From positions 197,098,001 to 197,162,000 of the forward strand of contig OZ024743.1 in assembly GCA_964016885.1 (NCBI GenBank): 64,000 nucleotides of DNA. Reading direction: 5' to 3'. Shown in pieces: positions 37,143-50,612 of this stretch. The notes below the pieces were generated by a model. The model was given only the letters and a program-made list of their open reading frames with translations. It made no database searches and was not told the DNA's origin. The position numbers and the translations under genes were made by a program. Position 1 is the first letter of the stretch. Each line of letters begins with the position of its first letter. Origin of the DNA: Eledone cirrhosa. Lineage: Eukaryota.

Positions 37143-38455
37143 CGAGGGGGGATCAAAAAGTTTGCGGAATTTTATCATAGTAAGAAAAAATAGGTTAAAA
37201 CAATATTAAACATGTCAGAACATTGTCACTGGATGTTTACCTTGCTATTAGTCACTTGTAGTCAGTTATGCGTGGACTATTGTACAGTACTGACAACTCT
37301 TTAAAAAACCTCTTTTTGGCACAATGGAAAATAGTTATTTTGAGATAAGATCGAATATCAAGTTTCTGGTGAAACTCAAATGGAAAGCGACACAGATTAT
37401 GGAGGCTTTAGTTAAAGTTTACGGTACTACTGCTCCAAAGAAAACTGCTGTCTACAAGTTGATTCAGCGATTCAAACAAGGGAGAGAGACAACCTTGAAG
37501 ACGACCATTGCAGTGGAAACTAGGAACATCAAAAAATGACCAAAACGTTGAGGCTGCTCAGACTTTAATTGAAGAAGATCGAAGAATAACAGTTAATCAG
37601 TTAGCTAAGTCCCTAGACATTTCATATGGTTCGGCAAATTCAATTCTGCATGATAATTTGGGACTAATCAAGCTTTCAGCACGATGGGTCCCAAAAGCGT
37701 TGCACCCTGATCAGCTGATTCTTCGAAGTGATCTGTCTTTGGCGATATTAAACAAAATTGAAGTTGATGAAGAGAGCATTTCCTGACCAGAATCATCACC
37801 GGAGATGAAACCTGGATCTACCAGTATGATCCTGAATCCAAACAGCAGTCAAAACAGTGGCTTCCACGTGGATCATCGGGGCCAATCAAGTTCAAATCTC
37901 AAAAGTCGGATCAAAAAGTGATGGCCACCATTTTCTGGGATTCAGATGGGGTGATACTAATAGATTATCTTGAAGGTCAAAGAACTGTGACAGGAGCTTA
38001 CTATGTAAATGTTTTAAGGAAGCTGAAAGAGGCATTAGTCAAGAAACGAAAAGGGAAACTTCATGGTGGGATCTTGTTTGATCATGACAATGCATCAGCG
38101 CATTCTGCACGGGTTGCAAAAGAAGTTCTTTGAGAATTTCGATGGGAAGTGCTTCCTCACCTGCCTTATAGTCCAGATTTAGCCCCATCAGACTTTTTCC
38201 GCTTTCCAAAACTCAAAGAAATGCTAAAAGGAACCCGTTTTAGTGGTGTTGAAGAAGCTAAAAACACTGCGAACACATGGCTTTGAACAAGGACTTCAAC
38301 TTTCTTAGAGACGGCTTACGAAGCTGGAAGCATCGCCTTGTGAAGTGTATTGACCTGGATGGCAACTATGTAGAAAAATAAATTGAAGATAAATCATATT
38401 TTGTGAAAAATAGAATATTTTCTGAAAAATTCTGCAAACTTTTTGATCCCCCTCA
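37143..38455 (+). mobile_element. Full-length mariner element (DD34D, irritans/Hsmar2-like)
   Basis: 1313 bp with TA flanks. TIRs CGAGGGGGGATCAAAAAGTTTGCGGAATTTT / AAAATTCTGCAAACTTTTTGATCCCCCTCA. Confidence 0.95.
37324..38381 (+). pseudogene. Mariner transposase pseudogene
   Basis: WVPKAL, TGDETWIYQYDPE, HDNASAH, YSPDLAPSD (34 residues between the second and third Asp), ending GNYVEK*. Disrupted by frameshifts and stops. Confidence 0.93.
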
Positions 38456-38721
38456 TATATCAAAGGTATATATTGAGTTAGAAACTCAAAATAGTCTCTT
38501 ACAATAAAATAGCTCTAGGAAAGAGATTTTTCCGAGCCGTATATTATAATTGAATATAAAAGAAAGACAAACACAAATATATACATATATGCGTTCAAAT
38601 CGTAAGGGACCAGATTCGCTAAGGTGAAAAGAATACTAACTATAGACGATAGGGTTTGCCTGACTCAATTTAAGAATAAATCAAGAAAATAAATACAAAC
38701 CGGAATTGTGGTAACTACCAA

Positions 38722-38802
38722 TCACCCAAACAGCTTTTGGTACTGCTGTTTCGCAAAATTAATTGTGAATAGGAATGCCAATTCTTGCTCATCAGTGGGT
38801 GA
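38722..38802 (-). ncRNA. Type I hammerhead ribozyme motif (minus-strand copy)
   Basis: Exact reverse complement of 39098-39178. Confidence 0.8.
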
Positions 38803-39097
38803 AGAATTAGTATCCTAGACACTTCTAAGTATATTAAGAAACTAAATAGTGTGCGTATATATAACAATGCACATTTATTGTAAGAGACTATTTTGAGTTT
38901 CTAACTCAATATATACATTTGATATATTCGGCTCTGTTGATTTGTTGAGCTAATTCAAATGTTGAATAAACCTGGCTGCTATTTTTAGTGGTGTAAGTTT
39001 GTGAGACGTGCTAAGTTCAGATACCATGTGCGTTGTTATATATACGCACACTATTCAGTTTCTTAATATACTTAGAAGTGTCTAGGATACTAATTCT

Positions 39098-39178
39098 TCA
39101 CCCACTGATGAGCAAGAATTGGCATTCCTATTCACAATTAATTTTGCGAAACAGCAGTACCAAAAGCTGTTTGGGTGA
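39098..39178 (+). ncRNA. Type I hammerhead ribozyme motif (plus-strand copy)
   Basis: Stem I TCACCCA/TGGGTGA; core CTGATGA (39105-39111); stem II GCAAG-AATTG...CAATT-AAT-TTTGC; GAAAC (39148-39152); stem III AGC/GCT; GTT triplet with predicted cleavage after 39171. Confidence 0.82.
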
Positions 39179-39418
39179 TTGGTAGTTACCACAATTCCGG
39201 TTTGTATTTATTTTCTTGATTTATTCTTAAATTGAGTCAGGCAAACCCTATCGTCTATAGTTAGTATTCTTTTCACTTTAGCGAATCTGGTCCCTTACGA
39301 TTTGAACACATATATGTATATATCTGTGTTCGTCTTTCTTTTATATTCAATTATATATACATATATATGTATTTATATATGTATATATGTATGTCCCAAC
39401 TTCACTACCATGTAAAAT

Positions 39419-39693
39419 CAGGGCTGGATTTAATGGGTTAGGGTCAATTGTCCCGGGCCCCACCAGCGACGGCCGTAGTAATTTATTTGTGCCCTCAGCT
39501 GGGCTTTTTTAGTTTTAGGATGGTTAGAATTTTTTAATTTAATACCTGTATGTATGCATAACTTTTCAATTCCAATTACTTGCGCCAAGCTACCTTTGAT
39601 ATGTAAACATTATTTTTTGGGGAGGGGGTGCTGTGTATTCTAATTTTATCTGTAAGAGGGGGGGGGGGGGGGCAAGGTCTAAATTCAACCCTG
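39419..39693. mobile_element. Old hAT-like MITE
   Basis: TIRs CAGGGCTGGATTTA / TAAATTCAACCCTG. The flanking 8-mers TGTAAAAT and TGTATGAT match at 6 of 8 positions. Confidence 0.6.
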
Positions 39694-39959
39694 TGTATGA
39701 TAGTTGTTAGTTTATGTGGCACCCTTTCATTAACATATTTCTAATGAAATATACTGTATTTGAATTACTTAAAGAAGAATGTAGGGGGGGAGGGGTTTAC
39801 AAAAATTATTCATTTTTCCATTATTTTGATGGTATTTGTAACATAACTCAATAAAAAGTTATTATATAAACATTATATTGGAAGGTATTAATTTAAATAG
39901 AAACCATTTAAAATGGGTGACTTTAGGCAACAGTAAAATTAAGTCATGAAGACACCCGC

Positions 39960-40104
39960 AGGTGTGAGCCTCGTGAGCTGGAATGGCTCTTCCAACGTGT
40001 CACCCTCCCCATCCTCTGAGGAAATGCTTTCTCTATTCTGTCCGCCAGAGCTGCGGGGCAGCCAGCGCATGTCCTCCATTTCCTTATAATAATGAGAGAT
40101 GGGG
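39960..40104 (+). mobile_element. 3' fragment of a CRE-like (restriction-like endonuclease) non-LTR retrotransposon
   Basis: Reads EPRELEWLFQRVTLPIL*GNAFSILS. Homologous to 51064-51460 and 61744-61929. Confidence 0.7.
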
Positions 40105-40925
40105 AGAGTAAGAGAGACAGAGGCAGTTACCATATTAGCATTGTTGAAATATTTTGTAGAATCAAAGGTCAAGTGATTTTACTATGTCTGTGTAGGACCA
40201 TCTCTGTATGCTTGTATCTATCATGGAAATCATGGAAATCCTTTAGACACACTATAAAAACAATATTAGTCAGATCTGTGCTTTTTCATCCATTCTTTTC
40301 TACAACTTCTACTGCACCTCCTAAACACATACACCTCTCAGAGTACTATAGTAAACTCTCACTCTTTTTATTGTGACTGCTCTCAGTAGCATTATGGTGA
40401 AGACAATAAACAAGAAACAAGCACAAATGACTGCATTTCTAATGAAATACTCTCTATTTTAATTGATTAAGAAGTTTGAGAGATTTTCTAAAATTATTAA
40501 TTATTTTATTACTAAGATAGTAACTTAATGTAAGGTTTTTATATAAAATTATATTGGAAGATTTTTTATTTAAATTGGAAACCTTTAAAATGGGTGATTT
40601 TATTTCATAGAACCAGAGCCGGTTTTAGCCAGGTTGGTAAAAAAAGGGTTAAGCTCACATATGACCAATACACAAACATCTCCGATATACAATGAGAAAT
40701 TATAACAACCTTATATTTAAGGTTTTTAAACATTTATTAAAAATATAATATGAAGCAAAATAAATATTTATATGATATTTCATTCATTAATAATAAAAAG
40801 GGGGGAGGGAGACGGGGGGGAAATAATTTTTAAAATAGTAACATTAATCATAAAATATTTAAAAGTATTTTATCTTGCAATATGTATAAAAGGTGGGTGA
40901 AAGGAACATAAATTAATTAATTTAA

Positions 40926-41141
40926 CCCTTTAGCATTTACATTATATTTACTATTGTATTTTTGTGATAAAGGCTTTATTTTACATAATTATCTCACATA
41001 ATATGAAACCTACGAGATTTTGATGTTATTTATTTTGAGAACAATACCCTAAAGTCAATATGAGCAGCCGGTTATGGCCAGTTTGATAAGAAAGAGGTGG
41101 GGAAATTCTGGCCAGATATAGCTTATTTAAAAACTGAAAGG
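40926..41141 (+). mobile_element. piggyBac-type MITE, family 1
   Basis: TTAA flanks, CCCTTTAGCATTTA left TIR, body matches 15709-15906. Confidence 0.88.
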
Positions 41142-41473
41142 TTAAATGATCATTTGCAATGTGTGTTATAGTTAATGCCCATGTAGGTTTTGCTGCTCTC
41201 CTTCAGAGATGCAACCCATAGTAAGTTTTTCAGTCCTATCCTGGTCTGTTGCAGCTGTTAACCCCTACTCCAATACTAATTTACTTCTTTTAGCTAAGTG
41301 GACTGGAGCAACATGAAATGAAGTATTTTGCTCAAGAAGACACTGCACCACTTGGTTCCAGAATTTAACCCCAATCGAATGATCATGAGTTTAACACCTT
41401 AATTGTAAGGCCACATGTCTTGACTATGTAAATATATATATTATCACACATAGTTCTCCAGGCCATAACAGAG

Positions 41474-41887
41474 GATCTTTTCTATGCAGATGATCTGGTC
41501 CTTATAGCCAAATCCATAAAAGAACTGGAAAGTAAATTTAGACAATGGAAACGGAATTTGGAATCAAAAGGTCAGAGAAGTAAATTTGGTCAAAACTAAA
41601 GTGCTAGTAAATAGGAAAGAAGATAGGACCCTGATCTCTTCAGGGAAGTGGCCCTGTTCCTTGTGCAGAAAAGAAGTAGGCATAAACTCCATATGGTGTA
41701 CACAATGTAAATCTTGGTTACACAAGAGATGTAGTAGGATAATGGGGTGATTAAGGGGAATAGCATCAGAAATATAAACATCTTAAAGTCACTGGAAGGG
41801 TCCATGGAAGTGGTGGGTAGCTTCTGCTATCTAGGTGACTTATTAGCAGTGGAGGAGGGCACTCTGAGAGCATAATAGCTAGAATAA
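41474..41887 (+). mobile_element. RTE LINE internal fragment (RT end plus PHD-like finger)
   Basis: LFYADDLVLIA...SGKWPCSLCRKEVGINSIWCTQCKSWLHKRCS...VVGSFCYLGD, with frameshifts. Same group as the LINE at 28900-32442. Confidence 0.88.
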
Positions 41888-41921
41888 ATTGAAAGCTATC
41901 TACCAATATTATCAAATCTAT

Positions 41922-43005
41922 CCACCAACATTATCAACCTCACCATCATACCTCTGTTATCATCACATCAAAACCTCTTCACCAACATTATCAACCTCAC
42001 CAGCATACCTCCATTATCATCACAACATTATCAACCTCACCAGCATACCTCCATTATCATCACAACATCAAAACCTCTTCACCAACATTATCAACCTCAC
42101 CAACATGCCTCTGTTATCATCACAACATCAAAACCTCTTCACCAACATGATCAACCCCACCAGCATGCCTCTGTTATCATCACAACATCAAAACCTCTTC
42201 ACCAACATGATCAACCTCACCATCATACCTCTGTTATCATCACAACATCAAAACCTCTTCACCAACATGATCAACCTCACCATCATACCTCTGTTATCAT
42301 CACAACATCAAAACCTCTTCACCAACATGATCAACCTCACCATCATACCTCTGTTATCATCACAACATCAAAACCTCTTCACCAACATGATCAACCCCAC
42401 CAGCATGCCTCTGTTATCATCACAACATCAAAACCTCTTCACCAACATGATCAACCTCACCATCATACCTCTGTTATCATCACAACATCAAAACCTCTTC
42501 ACCAACATGATCAACCTCACCATCATACCTCTGTTATCATCACAACATCAAAACCTCTTCACCAACATGATCAACCTCACCATCATACCTCTGTTATCAT
42601 CACAACATCAAAACCTCTTCACCAACATGATCAACCCCACCAGCATGCCTCTGTTATCATCACAACATCAAAACCTCTTCACCAACATGATCAACCCCAC
42701 CAGCATGCCTCTGTTATCATCACAACATCAAAACCTCTTCACCAACATTATCAACCCCACCAGCATGCCTCTGTTATCATCACAACATCAAAACCTCTTC
42801 ACCAACATTATCAACCTCACCATCATACCTCTGTTATCATCACAACATCAAAACCTCTTCACCAACATTATCAACCTTACCAGCATACCTCCATTATCAT
42901 CACAACATTATCAATCTCACCATCATATCTCTGTTATCATCACAACATCAAAACCTCTTCACCAACATTATCAATCTCACCAGCATACCTCCATTATCAT
43001 CACAT
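41922..43005. repeat. 60-bp minisatellite, ~17 copies
   Basis: Unit CACAACATCAAAACCTCTTCACCAACATGATCAACCTCACCATCATACCTCTGTTATCAT repeats in register with the 60-nt lines. Confidence 0.97.
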
Positions 43006-43127
43006 TAAATCAACTCTTCATCGACATTAAAATATTGACCTCATGGCCACCATTGTTACTCACAACATCAATCAATGTCTAGCAACATTATCAGCTTTAC
43101 CAAAATTCCGTCCATTATAATCTACAG

Positions 43128-43471
43128 CAGTGCTACTCAAAGTGGTGGTCTGCGAGCCATCAGCTACCGGTACGCGAGCCATCAGCTACCGGTACACAGC
43201 CTTTCACACTAGTAAAGATTAAGGTTATATAATTTTTATTTTTGTGTTAATAAACTGCTTGTTATTTTTTTTTATTACTTTTTAAATGTTTTTATATTGT
43301 ATTATTTGTTTACAAAATAAATAGAAGATAAAAAAATGGTCAACTTTTATTATATTCATTATATATATCGTTTCCGGTATAAAATAATATTACTACAAAA
43401 TATTAGCGGTATGTGGCACATTGAAAAAAAAAAATGCTGGTCCGCCACATCAGATAGTTTGAGAAGCACTG
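43128..43471. mobile_element. hAT/Charlie-like MITE
   Basis: Perfect 8-bp duplication ATCTACAG at 43120-43127 and 43472-43479. TIRs CAGTGCTACTCAAA / TTTGAGAAGCACTG. Confidence 0.92.
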
Positions 43472-45879
43472 ATCTACAGCATCAACATTATCCCTCTCAC
43501 TATAACCGTCTGAATCCCTCATAGCATCAACATTCATACACCATAAGTATTGCCAATCACCAATGCTATTAGTTGAACCATCACATACTTGCATGTACAA
43601 TGTATACATTATCAGACCATTAGCATTTTAACATTGTCCATTGACCATGCTATTAGTAACTTCACCTCCATCAACATCAGTCTCATCATAGCTGTCATAA
43701 TAATAATGATGATGATGATGATGATGATAATAATAATAAAGACAAACACTACCACCATAACTAACCATTATGTTCACACTTCACCATTGACACTAGCATT
43801 ATCATCATCAACATCAACACGTCTTCATCACAAGACCATGCCTCACCACACTCCAATACTTTCACAACCTCTCACATCCCAGCTTTACTATTCCCTTTTT
43901 TGTGCCAATATTTGAAAAAGAGAAATGAGTAGAAAAATAAAAAAAGGAGGAAACACTGAAGAGATTCTACTCTACATCCTTGACTGTTTCTTGGATGATT
44001 TTATTCCAAGATAAATTATGATACAAAGAAAGCAAGAAAGAAAGAAAGATATTTGTTTTCCTATTAAAGTTTTTCATGAAATTTGTAGCCATTTAATTCT
44101 TTATTGATAAACTATCATGAATGTTTTTTTTTTACCCTTTTGTATTTTTCTTCTTAAACATTACCAATATGGAATTTAAACTCATAAAATCTGCAAATAA
44201 TTGAACACTGTTCGGAACATGTACAGACAAAGCTAGTTTACAAGATTCTTAAACAGAAATCCACCACAGACATTCTGGCAGTCACTAGAGTTAAAGGGAA
44301 TAAGTTAATTCACTTGAAATCCAAGAAAGAAGAACAAAAAAATATCCAATAAGGAAATCAGCTTGTGGGGATTAAAAGGTGAGGATATTTGATTATAATA
44401 ATGAAGATTCTTTTAGCTTTAAAACAGAAATGACAATGTCAGCTATACATTATTTGGAACATAATTCAAGACTCTGAGCCAGTCCTTGGCTTGTTTAACA
44501 AAGAATTGCTTTATTGGCATTAGACTAAGGGACTGGGATGCAAAAGTCAACTTCCTGACTAAAAAAATGGAAACAGTCAAGGATTGCAAGTAATTGTATC
44601 ATGCTAATCAAAGATAAATTCTTTAAGAAATATGAAAAGCAACAGAAAAAAAGAAAAAAAAAAGGAAACAAAGGAGGGTAAGGAGAATACCAAGTAAAAA
44701 ATAAATATATTGATGAAAAATTTTGGAATTGTTCCAATATAAAATGAAAATTTGTTCAATTTTTAAGTTTTCTTTATTTTAAAAAAGGAAATGGCATTAT
44801 TTTTCATTTTAAAAAAAATGGTAACGGTATTTGATAAAGATAATTCATACAAAAATATATAGAATATAAAAAAAAGAAACATTTTTAAAATAAACTATTT
44901 AGAAAACAAGAATTCTAGTATTTAATTTTTTTTCTTCTATCTATGGCTGAAGATTTAAATGACAGGAAGTGACTAACTATAGTGAAATTTGTGGACTGAA
45001 TAAGTTTCAAGTTAAATGTAGTTGAAACTTCATTATTGACGATGGTAAAGAACATTTCTAATAGCTTTTAATAATTACAATCTCATTATATTTTATAAAG
45101 TATCTTATTTATATTATAGCAGGTCAATTTGATGATGATGATGATATGTTGTTATAACTCTCCTGTCTATTTTTTGTACATTATTTCATTAAAAAAAAAG
45201 ACAATATGGTGTGATTTAGGGAGATCTGGCTGATACTTCTTGTAGACTGAGTGACTACATAGACTTCTTTTTTGAATGGCCTAGTCAGAGCATAAAGGTC
45301 AGTGCCCATGAGCATTTTGTATTGGGGGAAGGGCTCTGAGAGTGATTGGGAGTAAATGGACCTTGATCAGCTTTGAAATGAATGTTTCAGTTGTTTGATC
45401 AAGTGAATTAGGCGTTCATTAAATTAGCATGTAAATGGCTGAGTATTCCACAGTCATGTGTACCTTTTATGTAATCCACAGGAGAAGATGAGCATTCCAA
45501 TTGTTTGATCAAATGAATTTTTGCAAAGTAAATACTATTAAATCACAAACCATTTCGTTTCTATGGTTCTAATGAGAGACACTAACTATAATTTTCAAAT
45601 CATTTTGAAAATATTCAAGAATCTGGAGCAATTTAGGCACATGAACAACTTTCTAATTAAGACAGTGTTTGGAAAATGACTTAACCCTTTAGCATTTACA
45701 TTACATAAAGAAACCATGATCACCCATCCCCAAATGGAGCCTATTGAGTGAAATGTGGTACCCCAACAGTAGCTCAGATTGAGTACAATTAAGAAGGGTA
45801 TCCAACTGTAGAAACTTTGTCAAAATATAGAATGTACAAGATATGGTTATCTGATCTGTCTTAAATTGGACCATGATGA

Positions 45880-46220
45880 CTCATCCAACTCTTGCTAGCA
45901 TGGGAAACTGATACAAAATGATGATGATGATGATGATGATGTACCAACCTGTTTATCTTATGTCTGCATAAAAAATGGATATAATGTGATGATGATGATG
46001 ATGATGTTAAAATCTGTTCATTCTTTACCAGCATAAAAAAATGGACATAAAGTGATAATGATGATAATGATATAACGACCTGTTCATCTCATTCCAGCAT
46101 AGAAAACTGGACATAAAATGATGATAATTATGATGATGATGAAAATGACAATGTAACAACCAATTCATCCTGTGTAGCATGAAAAGAAAATGGATAAAGT
46201 GATGAAAATGATGATCATGA
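45880..46220 (+). repeat. Tandem array of ~5 degenerate retroposon 3' tails
   Basis: Repeated AACC.GTTCATC...AGCAT..AAAATGGACATAAAATGATGATG units. Confidence 0.7.
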
Positions 46221-47099
46221 ACCAACCACAAACAGGTAGTTGAACAGTTTATATATATTTGGCAATGTTGCCTCTACATATGGCTATTCTGAACCGGTGC
46301 TGGCTGAGTGTTTGATGTGGTGGGTAGCTGGGTGTTTGTTTTTTTGTTTTGTTTTTGTTTTACATCTATACAAAACAGGCTGTGCAGCTACATAGTAGGA
46401 AGTACTAAGTACCACCACTGGTTTGTAAGAAGAATGATAATTTCACACATTCATGTGAATAACCGAACAATAAATTTAACACATCAGCAAACCTTTACCC
46501 CCTTCAACCCTCACCTCTACCACCATTAAACGCCAAACAACTACAGACAAAGAACCAACTATATACAGCATGTGCCCTAGTCTCTCATTCTTTGTGTCCT
46601 TCAGCTGCCAGCATCATTTGTAGACATTAAACCATTTATTTTCTTTCTTATTTTTCATTTCTTAGTTGCCTGTAAGCGAGCTGGCATAAAGAGAGAAACA
46701 TCCTGCGAAAATTGAGGTTGTTTGGTGCATACATTAATAACAGGTGCAGCAACAAGACCCCCGTATTTATCTTATGGCCAGCATCTTTGGGAATTTACTT
46801 TATATTGTGTACTTATTGCTAATGCCAGTCTCCTCATCCTCCCCTCCTTATTATTATTATTGTTGTTATTGATATTATTATTATTGTTATTATTATCATC
46901 ATGAATTTGATTGTTGTTTTCATTGTTGATATTACGATTTCCTCCAAGGAAGCTGGTGAAGGTAGAATTTGTGAAGGAGGGTGTGTATATGTGTATGTGA
47001 GTGTGTGTGTGTGTGGGGGGGGGGGGGTTGCTGAAGAAAAAACAAAACAAAAAACAATTTCTTCAGTTTGGTTCTGTATCTTTTGGTTCCTGTCAAACT

Positions 47100-47138
<39 letters not shown>

Positions 47139-47860
47139 AAATGTATATATATATATGTATGTATAAAGATACACACATGTATTAACATTAATAATATATT
47201 CAAGTATAGCAAGAACAAAAAAATATGAAACTAAATAATACACACACAAATGCACACATACATGCACACACACACACACATACAAACAGACAGGACAATA
47301 TGCTTAGATGGAAGGGGAATATTTATATAAATGTGTACAAAATAAGTTTTAGAAAAAAAACTCCTCCAAAAAACTATAGTTTTTAAAAACTCATTTATCA
47401 ATACAACTTTAACAAGAAATCCTAAGTAATGCTACAGACGTAGAGAACAGTGGCCTCTGAAGGAAATAAATTATATTTATATATTACTAAACATAAGTTT
47501 TATTCGAATAATCTACACATTTTTTTTCCTTTGACATAAACAATTTTATGACTGTTACAATACAATAAGCAAGGAATTGGCAGTCATTTGAGTATCAGAT
47601 TAAATTCCTCCATATTGGTTCCAGTCCTCAGCTGTCTGAGTTCAAATCCTGCTGAAGGTAATTTCCATTTTGTTTTTACTTTTTTTTTCATCTTTCAGGC
47701 TTGATAAAATAAAGTACTAATCCATGGGAGCTGGATAGATAGAATCATTAAAGTGTGTAGGCTGGAAGTCTTTGTGGCATCTTTTCCCGTTCTCTGCATT
47801 CTGAGTTCAAATCCTATTGATTCATGTTGTAACAGACCAGTCTCTTATAGGAAGTAATTG

Positions 47861-47861
<1 letters not shown>

Positions 47862-47905
<44 letters not shown>

Positions 47906-48186
47906 TGTTTCTACTTTTAAGCATGGAAATTATTGTGTACAGTGCTCAGGTGCACTACAACTCATCAAATGTGCATGTATCGTACATAGAATAATGTACA
48001 AATATCAGGAAAGTGAATAGTGTATGAGTCATGATATAAATACAGACATACATGCTTGTGTGTGTGTATGGAGGGGGAATATCAGGTGTAGTGTTGGTGA
48101 ATTTCAGGAAACATGGAAGATTTGAAGGATGCAGTGTCCCGAAAGCTTACAACTGATGCAGGTAGCTTGTTTCATGCTTCAGCAAT
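47862..48186 (-). mobile_element. 3' end of a CR1/L2-group LINE with a (TTA)n tail
   Basis: Minus strand reads AEA*NKLPASVVSFRDTASFKSSM (a WNxLP-type C-terminus). The 3' UTR piece recurs at ~4708-4757. Confidence 0.7.
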
Positions 48187-48519
48187 CATAAACATACTCA
48201 AATACCAATTAAAATATGTTCATGACATTTTGTACTCTACTGCAAGTGGCAATAACATGTAGATGAAGACAGTATAATGATTTCTAATTTTTGGCGCAAG
48301 GTTAACAAATTTAGGGGAAAGGAAAGTTTATAATATTGACCCAGTACTTGACTGGTACTGTATTTTATCAATGTTTGAAGGATGAAAGGCAAAGATGAGC
48401 TGGGAAAAATACCACAAAGTAAGTCATTTGGTGCCATAAGAATTGTGCCAATTCAGACCTGTCAGATGAAGACAATATAAGGATATTTTTGATTAGAAAT
48501 ATAGTAACAAAAGTTTTAA

Positions 48520-48742
48520 CCCTTTAGCATTTACATTACTCTATATATATACTATTGTATTTTTGTGGTAAAGGATTTATCTTACATAATTATCTCACAT
48601 AATATCGAATCTATGAGATTTTGATGTTATTTATTTTAAGAACAATACCTTAACATTAGAATGAGCAGCTGGTTACAGCTAGTTTGAACAGTAAGAGGTG
48701 AGAAAATTCTGGCTGGATACAGCTGGTTTAAATGGTAAAGGG
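48520..48742 (+). mobile_element. piggyBac-type MITE, family 1
   Basis: TTAA-CCCTTTAGCATTTA ... TAAATGGTAAAGGG-TTAA. Confidence 0.9.
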
Positions 48743-49759
48743 TTAATAAGAGCTTAAATACTGAGCTTGTGTTATTTTCCAAACACCGGCTTAATGGGAA
48801 AGTTACTAAATCCCACCAAATTTTAGATTATTTTTATGATTATCTGAAAACCATGCTGTCATGTGTTATTCCACTGCAGTGGTTTCTGCTGTTACTGTGC
48901 AACAGGTGTTAGCAGAAGGAAGAGACCACCCATTGTTACAGGTAAAAGAAAATAATAAAATGATAATAATTTTAAACATAATAGGATTTAGTTATATAAC
49001 TACCTTTGTCTTCATTAAGCTTGTGTCAAGAACATACCATAATGGAGGTTCTTATATAAAATTATGATGGAAGGTTTTTAGATAGAAATAACCACTGCAA
49101 AAACAAACAGTTTTGTATCACAAAATGAGGGGCATTTTCAGGTGGTTAAAATCAGAGGCTCATTCAGTCATGTTTGGTCCTTGGTTATGCACTTAATGAC
49201 TGATTGATCAAAAGTTTGGCTTTCTGAAGCACAAACGAGGGTCAGGGATTTTGTGGAAGACCTATAGTTGTTCATGCATAAAAATCGTCCCTCTCCATGA
49301 TACTAATTATTTCCTTGCTGTAAGGACTGGAGTAATGTGAAAACACAATGTGTTGCTCAATCTCACAATGCTTGACATTACAATCAAGAGCCCAGCACTA
49401 TAACCACTAAACCACGTACCTTCACAAGCTGATGTTGGTGTAGGTGTTGTTGTTATTGGTAGGGGTAAAGAATTAACTGTCTCTGCAATAACAGTGAGAA
49501 GGATTAACTGCCAACTTCCCACCCTGCTCCTGTACCACCAACACCACCTCCTGTACCACCACCACCTCCATATAGTACACCACACAATGACACCTAAGAA
49601 AGCCAACTTCAACAGCAATTATCTACTATTCACAAACTTACTACAAACATGTCTTCTGTTTCATTGCATTTCAACACAGTTTAATTTTCTCATAAAAATC
49701 AAAACAAACCCATTTGTTCAATATTTTCTGTCCTTATTAATTGTCTCCTTCCCCCCCCC

Positions 49760-50612
<853 letters not shown>

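Larger units (their letters stand above)
38457..39354. mobile_element. Non-coding Penelope-like/retrozyme-like element made of two head-to-head copies
   Basis: 38545-38874 is the near-perfect reverse complement of 39026-39354, and 38457-38507 of 38874-38926. Each long arm carries a hammerhead motif, and both outer ends run into TA repeats. Confidence 0.75.

Noticed and set aside
39939-40172. 77-aa minus-strand ORF as a BCAT or other host exon
   Set aside because: It is the antisense of the CRE-like fragment and has no BCAT motifs.
41889-43082. 397-aa repeat protein
   Set aside because: Starts at TTG, consists only of the 60-bp minisatellite, and has no splice or domain support.
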